Source: Octopus sinensis
Taxonomy: Eukaryota
DNA: 64,000 bases
NCBI RefSeq assembly: GCF_006345805.1
Contig: NC_042998.1
Span: 87,358,001 to 87,422,000, forward strand
Reading direction: 5' to 3'
Part shown: in pieces, positions 53,273 to 64,000 of the stretch
Layout of the letters: each line of letters begins with the position of its first letter
How positions within the stretch are numbered: position 1 is the stretch's first letter
Position numbers and translations under genes: made by a program
The notes under the pieces: generated by a model
Told to the model about the DNA's origin: nothing
Seen by the model: the letters and a program-made list of their open reading frames with translations, nothing else
Databases searched by the model: none

Positions 53273-53304
<32 letters not shown>

Positions 53305-53673
53305 TGTATGTATGTATGTATGTATGTATGTGAAATATAAATGTCCAAATTATTGTAATTATTGAGGTTAAAGTGTATTCAAGAACTCAGGCAGATAGTT
53401 TTGACATTCTGGAAATTGTATGCATTATTATGTATTTGCATACAGTTGAATGTTTTGTTTTTATATTGTCATTTTGCTCTCAGCAAAATTGAATTCCTCT
53501 TCATTATTGTCATTGTTGTCATCATCATTGTCATCATCAGCATCACCACTTACACATAACCATTATCATTATTACTACATTCATGCTAGCAATAACACCA
53601 TCATTCTTCTTTTTGTTTTGCCTCTTTTCCCAAGATGCTTGCCATTATCTAAATTATATTTACCATTGTGCAG

Positions 53674-53932
53674 TGCCTATGGAGATGTCAGTCTGCAGAA
53701 CCATCAGTCAATTCAACAGCTACGTGGAGGATGCATATGCAAGACAGTCAAAGATTTAGCCAATCATGTCAAATAAATTCCAATGCTTCGAATTTCTTCC
53801 GAGTTGGACGCCGTACTAGTTTATTAAAGAAGCGGACACTTCACCGACCTATCAATACAAACAACAGTATACTAGACAGAGAGGATAGCTGTTCTTCTCT
53901 TCCAGGGTTGTTTGAAACTACAAATAAACCTA
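53674..53932 (+). CDS. KCNQ1: KCNQ1-like exon (helix A CaM-binding WRC motif and A-B linker; corresponds to human exons 9+10)
   Basis: ttgtgcag|TGC CTA TGG AGA TGT...AAA CCT A|gtaagt; 259 nt, open frame CLWRCQSAEPSVNSTATWRMHM...ETTNKP; completes LIQ-CLWRC with the previous exon; ends in phase 1. Confidence 0.9.
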
Positions 53933-54863
53933 GTAAGTAGACTGTGAAGTCTCATTGATTTTAACTAATATGAGTAAGAAGAGTTGATATAAAACTTGGC
54001 AGAATGGTAAACAAAATACTTTGGGTGAGTCACTTCATTTGTGTCTCTCATTCTGAGTTCAAATCCTTTCCTTGTTGTCTTTGCCGTTCAACCTTGAGGC
54101 CAACAATTTTAGTGGAGCAAGTCTAGTACATTGACCCCAGTGCTTGACTGGTCCTTTATCTTATTGACTTCAAAAGAATGAGAGACAAAGTTGACCTTGG
54201 TGGTATTTGAACTCAGAACATAAAGAGCTAGAAGAAACGCTGCTTAAAAATTTGTCCAATATGCTGATGATTTTGCCAGTATTACTCAATAAAATAAATA
54301 CTAAAATTGAGTTAATTTATTATAATAAAGAAAGCAGTATCCCAGCATGACCACAGTCCAATGACTGAATGCAGTAAAAGAAATAAATAATAAAGCAATG
54401 CAGCCATGTAGCTTCATTATTTTTATAAATGATAACTCCAGGATGCCACTTCTATTAAAGCTATGTATATTGAAGTGTGGTATTTTTTTGTCATTAAAAG
54501 CAGATAGAACAGGAAGTCCTTGGAATGGTCTTAGCTGTGGGTAACCAGTGACTAATGATTAATGATGTCCTCTGAGTGGTTCTGGAAAAATTCAGGTTAC
54601 ATTTCTCAGTCTTTTAAATAGATTTGAGAATGATGGGTTTTATAGGTAATGGGGTATGAAAAGAGGCTGCAATACAACTTCTCTTCAGGTATTTTTGCTC
54701 TATGATGTCTTTTGCCAAACCACTAAGTTACAGGGATATAAACACACCAGCATCGGTTGTCAAGTGATTTTGAGGGGACAAACACACATACACACACACG
54801 CACGCACACACACACACACAGACAAACATATACACACACATACATACATACATATATACATAC

Positions 54864-54919
<56 letters not shown>

Positions 54920-55018
54920 TATATACATACATATATATATATATACATATATATATATACATACATATACATATATATATATATATACGTATATATATAT
55001 ATACATATATATATACTC

Positions 55019-55086
<68 letters not shown>

Positions 55087-55095
<9 letters not shown>

Positions 55096-55316
55096 AATAG
55101 TAAAAATAGAAAAAACTACAGAAGGCTTGTTTTAAAAGGTTAAAAAATATATATTTGAGTCAATATGTCTGAAGGATGTTATCAATTTTTTTCTTACATG
55201 TCATTGTAAGAAAAAAATTGATAACATCCTTCAGACATATTGACTCAAATATATATTTTTTAACCTTTTAAAACAAGCCTTCTGTAGTTTTTTCACTTTT
55301 TACTATTTTCTATATA
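55087..55316. repeat. Near-perfect 112-bp-arm palindrome (6-nt loop) next to a long (TA)n run
   Basis: 55087-55198 pairs with 55205-55316 with 2 mismatches. Confidence 0.95.
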
Positions 55317-55718
55317 TTCAACCACGTGCTTTCACAAACCAACTTTCTCATCTATATATATATATGTGATGGGCTTCTTTCAGTTTCTCTCTACCAAATC
55401 CACTCACAAGGCTTTGATTGGCCAGAGACTATTGTAGAAGACACTTGCCCAAGGTGCCACACAGTGGGACTGAACCCAGAACCATATGGTTGGTTAGCAA
55501 GCTACTTACCACACACCCACTCCTGCACCTATTATGTATGGTCGCTTCTGCATCTTTAAGGCCTTATCATTTTAAACTTAAACCTTTCTTATAAAATTAA
55601 TACTTTGATCAATGAATTTCTGTTGCTTGTGATATTTCAATGTTTTATCATTTACAGATTGTGGAATGAATATAAGTTACTGTTTCAAGAAGGGCACTAT
55701 ATTTTGTTTTAATTTCAG

Positions 55719-55848
55719 CAACACCAACTAAATATGGCAGTGGCAGAGACAACATAGTCAAAATGTGCATACCGCCAGAGAATAGTGAAAATTCAATGGA
55801 TGATGGTGATAATGAAACAGAGTCTTCCAGAGTATCTAAACCTTATGA
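55719..55848 (+). CDS. KCNQ1: KCNQ1-like exon (A-B linker; human exon 11 equivalent by phase)
   Basis: ttttaatttcag|CA ACA CCA...CCT TAT GA|gtgagt; 130 nt, phase 1 in and phase 2 out; stop-free TTPTKYGSGRDNIVKMCIPPENSENSMDDGDNETESSRVSKPY(E); exactly bridges the phases of its neighbours. There is little sequence homology, so support is splice sites and phase. Confidence 0.75.
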
Positions 55849-56807
55849 GTGAGTTTTAAAATTCTAAATACAAATATGTGAAATTATTCATCATCTTAAG
55901 AGAATTTTTGTCATGATGATTACAAATCTATGCAGAGAGCACTGTTTTGAGCAAATGGAAGGTGATACAGTGATGGAATGATATGGTAAACAGAGCTATA
56001 AAATTTTAGAAAAAGGCCTGGAAAACTGAGAAAAAGTGAAGAGAAAGAAATAATCTCAGTTAGTTAGTAGAGAAACTAGGTGTCAGATACAATTATCAAG
56101 AAGAGAAACAGAGAGTAAAACATTTATCAATGTTCTGGACTGCAAAACAGGGGGTCAAAATAAATTAGGATAACATTGGGAAAATGTAGCCATAATAATA
56201 ACAAACCACTTACACTCTCTAAAGTTGGAAAGATGGTAGATGGAAATATATAATTGTTTGAAGTTGCTGAATATGGAGAATGCATAGAAAAGAGTGAAAC
56301 TACCTAAAGTAGAATCAACAGAGGGACCAGCTACTGAAATTGGCAGCTCTTTGATCAGAAGGGCTTTAAAGGATATGAAAGCAGAAAAAGTAGCCAGACT
56401 ATTAAGGATGTCACTGAGTGTTTTCACTTGATTTGTTTTAATATGCGATAGACAGTTGCACAGCAACCATTACAAACAGATGAAATCTTTTGCAAAGTCT
56501 GACAAAGATGAAAGAGGGCTCTAGCCAGAAACTGGGTTTTGAGATTAAATTTTTTGTAAATTTCTTCAGGCTCATACTTGAACTTAGCACCAAAGGCTGA
56601 CTAAAACTTTTATGAACTCTACTGCTTTTACCTTTTTTAAGGGTGCTGCACAGATACATAGTACCTATCTACATTTGGCTGAATTGATTTAGCAAGATGT
56701 AGGTAGTTTTTCCTCCATAGTACTTTGGCTAAAATGTAAATCATCAACTTTTCAATCATTGATCTTACTAATGTAGGCAAATGAGACTCTACTCTGTGTG
56801 TGTGTGT

Positions 56808-56838
<31 letters not shown>

Positions 56839-59714
56839 CACCCATGCACATGCATGCATGTGTGCATGTGTGTATGCTTGCATGTGTGTGTGCATGCATT
56901 GTATGTTTGCACATGTGTATGCAGGCATGCATGCATGTGTGTGTGCATGTACCTGCATGTAGGAATGCATATATGAGCAAGTGTGTAGATGTATTTGTGA
57001 ATGTGTGGGCAATTACAAACTACACACTAGATAGCCTCTCAGTTGAAATACATACAAGAAATGTTTTACACATATGAAAGCAAGAAATATCTGTAACAGC
57101 ACATTCTGAAGACTTGCTTGGGTCGAGTTTTCCATTTTCATATTTTAATCCTCAAATAATTTTTATTATAACTGCTATGGATCTGTACAGAAATCAAGAG
57201 TTCTGTAAGGTGATATAGTGGTGGAATGATGCTATAAATAGAACCACAAAAGCTAAGAAACAGGCCAGAAAAGAATGGAAGAGAGTGGAGAGCAAGAGAC
57301 AATATCAGATAGCTAGAAAGGAAGCTACATATCAGGTGTACTTATTAAGGAAAGAAATATAAAGTAAGAGACTTGGTAATGTTCTGTGATATAAAGGTCA
57401 GCAGTGTAACTATTCCAGATTACAAAGCAACATATCAGTTTGAATCAGCATTAGTAAAAAGTGTGGCTGTAAAGACAATAACACTCTCGCCCTTGCTGAA
57501 ACTGAGAAGCATGAAAATGCTACTATAAGAGATTTCTAAATGAGAAGAATGAATAGGAGATTGTATGATGAGACAACTTTCATTGAAATTGGTGGCTAAA
57601 TGATTGAATTGACCATTAACGTTATGAAGACACTGCTAGACTATGAAAAATAGTCACTGAAATGCTTAAAAATGTCTGGTAAAATAGGACACACATTAGA
57701 TACTTGCATAGTCAATTAGACAATATAGGAATGGGTTATTCTCAAGGACTGGCAAAGCATTATTATCATAAATTGCTACAAAGACAGACAAGATGCTCTA
57801 TAAAGAAGTATCTACAGAGGATCAAACTGATTTACTAATTAGTGAAAGTAGCAGAGAGTTATAGTTAGCAAGAAAATTAACTTAGAGGAGCTACACTTGG
57901 AGAACTGTACTAGGACAAGTTCTACCGATGTTCTTTTCCCAGCAAGACAGCTACTGGAGAAGTTCTTACCAAAGGGCAAGCTACTCTGCATTTACTAGCC
58001 TGGAAAAATTCTTTGACAAAGTATCACACTTGGCAGTCTCATGGTAGCTAAGAAAACTTATTGTAAATTAATGGCTGGTGAGAGCCATGCAAGATAACAC
58101 TAACAAGTTGAGAGTTAGTAATGACTTCACTAAAAAATTTAACAAATGTCCATTAGAGGTAGGTCTTCAGTCTCCTCCTGTTTATTGTAGCCATGACACT
58201 AGTGCCAAGCTGTTTTGACTCTAAAACAGCTTTCTTTTGCAACATTTATTGCATAGAGAGGAGTGACTTGCATACATAGGAAACTTCTAGTCTTTCACAG
58301 AGAACACCTTGCTTAGGCCTACACATAAATGATGCAAATAAAAATCGATATTGACTAAGACAGACTCCTTATATTGACATTCTAGGTTCAAGTCATAATG
58401 GCACGGACTTTCTCTTTTGATGAAACAACACCACAAATGTATTGATGTTACAGCCAATAATTATGTTCATTCCTGCCAAAACAATGGCTTTGTTCCCGTA
58501 TAAATTACCGATATATTTTCATAAAATGCAGCATGGCTGTGTTGTTGAGAAGCTTGGTTCTAAATCATGTAGTTTGGGGTTCAATCTCATTGTGTGGAAC
58601 TTCGGGTAAGAGTCACTTTCTTTTGCCTGGCTGACTAAAGCTTTATGAATTAATCAAGTAGATGTAAAGTGAAAGGAATTCCTCATACACATGTGTGTGT
58701 GTTTAAGTATGTATGTGCATTCATATACTATGAAATGGAAACAGCAGGTGGGAGTTGGCAACAAGAAGGGCATTTCGCTGCAGAAAATCTGCCTCAGCAT
58801 ATTCCATCTAACCCATGCAAGTGTTGGAGGAGTAGATGTTAAAACGAGTCATATTTTCAAAAACAAATAATTTCTTTTGATCAGGAATAAGCTGAAATTC
58901 TGTAGAATTGTGGTTATTGTTATTAACCTTTGTATGATACTGAAGTTGTTTTAGTGATGCAAACTGAATGAAAATGTGAAGTAAGCTGGAATTAAATTCA
59001 GAACTCTATAATGTTGAACCAGACAGCCATGAATTTAACTGGTTCAGATACATAACCTTTATGCCAATTCCCAAGATCTTAGATAAGAAAAGATCATTTG
59101 GTTGCAAGTATGATAAAAGGAAAAAAATCACTCAGAGAAAGAGAAAGAGAAAAGAAGGAAGACTGGAAAGAGAGGTTACTGGGGATTAATTCAAAGTAAA
59201 AACACAATGTTACTGAGCAGTAGGTCTTCTCTATTATAAATGACAGATAGCAATGGCTGTTAGCATTTTGAACAACTCCAGATATTAATGATTAAGATCT
59301 TTTTTTTTTTAGTTTTGACCCTTTCTTTACAAAATTCCTCTTCAAATACCATTCCATTAAAAATACCTTAGATTTTCATCTCACATATGCAAACTGCGCA
59401 TTCAAGTAACTAATTCTGCAAGTCTATTTTTGACAGAATTTAATTATCATCTCCATTCTTGTAACAGGCAGCTGAGTAAAAAAAAAAAGCAAACACAAAG
59501 AAACTAACATAAAAGAGAACTCATTAAAAGTATATTTTGGATCTGGTTAACGAATATCACCTATGTAGACAAAATGGATAATTCACAGTTACTCACCACA
59601 TAAAATATAGTCTTGTCTTTTTGATCACTGAGCTATAAATAAAGTGGCCTAAAATACTTATATAAAATTATATGCAATTCTAGATTTTCTAGTACATTTT
59701 CACTTATAAAATTT

Positions 59715-61500
<1,786 letters not shown>

Positions 61501-62064
61501 AAATATTCATAAAGATTGAAATGAATTAATCTCAGAACCAAAAATCCTGATATAATTCTGTCATCAATAACCATAAAACTATAACTCTTTAACCATGTAT
61601 GACATAAGTACAGAATTAAAAATGATGGTTAACAAGCTAAAAATGAACCACTGTCCTAGCAATATCTGTACTGCACATTTAATGATCACAAGCCTAATTT
61701 AGTGAACAACATTTTGACTAGATTATTAAATTATTAATCCAACCAAAAGGTACCACAGCCAATGTTTTCTAGACCAGCACCAAAATTTTGGCTAGCTTCA
61801 GCTTTAGCCCTGGCAGTATCTCCTTTCTACATACTTATCCAGTCCTGTAATACATTTATCAACTAGACTACATTATTTTGGTTAAAAGAGATCAGCAGTT
61901 GACCACTTAGCCTTGACAAGGTAGGTGGAATGGCTAGAGAAAATTATTAAAAAAGGTGTTCAATTGATGTGTAATTGGAGCAGATTAAATTGCAGAAAAC
62001 TTAAAATAAAAAATTATGATAAACCAATTGGATAATATTAATTAATTAATTAATTAATTAAATA

Positions 62065-62111
<47 letters not shown>

Positions 62112-62411
62112 GGTGGTGGGGTGGTGGTGGTGGTGGTGGTGGTGGTGGTGGTGGTGGTGACGATTACATAATTATACTGGCTAAGATTGGTTAGGGTAAT
62201 TAAAGTGACAAATTAAAACTGAATATTTTAACATTTAAAATACATTATAAATAAATACAATTCTAGTTTCACTGCTAACTTCTCAAAATTCCGATACAAA
62301 CACAGTATATCTTTTCTTGTGGTGTTAACTCTACCTTCTCTCTCTCTCTCTCTCAATGCGTATTTGGAACTTAAAATGTAATTCTGATATGTTCTCTCTT
62401 TGTGATAAAAG

Positions 62412-62487
62412 GTTAACCAGTGAACACAAAACAATGATTAGAATTATTCGAAAGATCAAATTTTTTGTAGCAAGACGGAAGTTTCAA
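62412..62487 (+). CDS. KCNQ1: KCNQ1-like exon (helix B; human exon 12 equivalent)
   Basis: ttctctctttgtgataaaag|G TTA ACC...TTT CAA|gtaagt; 76 nt, phase 2 in; LTSEHKTMIRIIRKIKFFVARRKFQ, the KCNQ helix B motif; same length as human exon 12. Confidence 0.93.
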
Positions 62488-63890
62488 GTAAGTATGATAT
62501 ATTTTCAACAAGAATCTTCTTTTGTCAAAGTTTTAAAACTAAACATGTTTATAAAGATGCTTTTATTAAATTTTATTCATCCTAGAAATTTTCTTGCAAA
62601 TTCTGTTACTTTTATGATGGAAGTTTACAATTGTTTGAATCAAGATTCAGGCAATTGCTGGCAATTACATTGTTACCTCCAGCATTAGACTTTTACTTTC
62701 GCACAGCTACTGTTATAATATAGGTGTTATTTGTCCTCAGTTCAGCCTTTATGAAGCAGACCTATGATCATAGATGCTCTAAGCATCTCATCCCATCTCA
62801 TCTATTCTTTTTCAATTATTGTGTACTTTTGGTTACATCATGTTCTCTATTGTTTGTTTTTCTTAAGATATTGGAGTGCCATGTAAGGAAAAGTTAGAGG
62901 CTATGCCTTGCATGTCTAACCCCCATGTCAAAGTCCTTCAATGTTTGTTACTGCTGCTGCTGATAATGATGACAACAGTGGTGGTGGCAGTGGCTGCAGC
63001 AACGACAATGATGATGATCATGATAATGATGATAGTAATTTTATTGTTTAGCGTTAGGTCAAAACAGGAGTTAGACTCTGGCTGTCCATGTGAAATCTTA
63101 TATACTGATGACCAAATCTTTCCTTATGGAGAGTCTGTGGAAGACTTAGAAAGAAAATTCAGACATGGAAACAGAACATAGAAGCTAGAGGACTAAAGTT
63201 TTCTTAAGTATGACAGGAGACAGAAAGCTACTGTCATCAGGAAATGGTTGTACTCAATATGCAGAAAAAAAATAAAAACTGGAAACATGAACTCCATATG
63301 GTGTACATGGTATGAAGAATGAGTGCTGAAGAAATCTACAAGGATCAAAGACAGGCTGACAGTAGATTAAAACTTTGGTTAACCCTTTAACATTCAGATT
63401 ATCAAATCTAATGTTTATCTGTTCACATCATTTTGAATTAATCTTGTATTATCTTGTAGCTTTGAGATTTTACTGATGTGATTATCTATTTTTGGAATGA
63501 TATTGTAAGCAGGAGCATATATTCAAGATATGCTAGGTGTATACTGCACAACCACCGAAAATGGCAAATTAATTATGAATATTAATCTTACTCATTAATT
63601 TAATCACAAATCTTAATGGAAAACTTGTGTTATACCATTAAGCAAAATAGGCACTCGTGTTATACCATTAAGCAAAATAGGCACATGAGGAAAAATATCC
63701 ATTAATTGTAAATAATGTAAATAATATATCAAACATTAAACATAAAATTTTGACCTGCTTCTATACATGCTGTTATAATTTGAAGCCATTTGAACAAGAA
63801 CTGGCAAAGTTATTGGATTGGGAAATGATATCAATTTTTTTAAACACCCTATATATCTACTATATATATATAGTAGTCATCTATCTATAT

Positions 63891-63933
<43 letters not shown>

Positions 63934-64000
63934 TTAGCCACTACACACATTTTTTTCTCTCCTTGTTTTCTCTGTCCCTTTCTGTAGAAGAGCGTAGGCT

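Noticed and set aside
54656-55143. Many short ORFs made of YI/HT/CV/MY repeats throughout the window
   Set aside because: They are translations of (TA)n, (CA)n and (TACA)n microsatellites.
63940-64000. Pyrimidine tract plus AG at the window end as the next KCNQ1 acceptor
   Set aside because: The following bases read KSVG rather than the expected (Q/E)A-KPYDV motif, and look like the start of a repeat.

Overview
AT-rich, microsatellite-dense animal genomic DNA. An octopus or other coleoid cephalopod is inferred from the SINE/RTE repeat families and (TA)n/(CA)n/(TACA)n density. The window lies inside one large + strand gene, a KCNQ1 (Kv7.1)-type voltage-gated K+ channel. Seven GT-AG exons are visible (16605-16701, 22401-22541, 29609-29719, 46795-46890, 53674-53932, 55719-55848, 62412-62487). 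They join in frame and encode S4 through the pore, S6, helix A and helix B; the 5' and 3' exons lie outside the window. The first 7.9 kb hold two near-full-length non-LTR retrotransposons head-to-tail and antisense to the gene: a young Tx1/L1-clade element abutting the (TTA)n tail of an older CR1-clade element with a PHD-type ORF1. The introns contain RTE, R4/Dong-like, Penelope-like, mariner, MULE/FLYWCH, piggyBac-like and Helitron-like remnants and many SINEs. The most notable unexplained structure is a set of intronic inverted repeats: a ~235-bp pair bracketing the in-frame pore exon, two (near-)perfect 112-116-bp hairpins and a ~410-bp foldback. In addition, about half of the core-channel differences from human KCNQ1 are single A-to-G-restorable codons, which suggests candidate A-to-I recoding sites. 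Repeat boundaries are approximate and all family calls were made by eye, without database searches.
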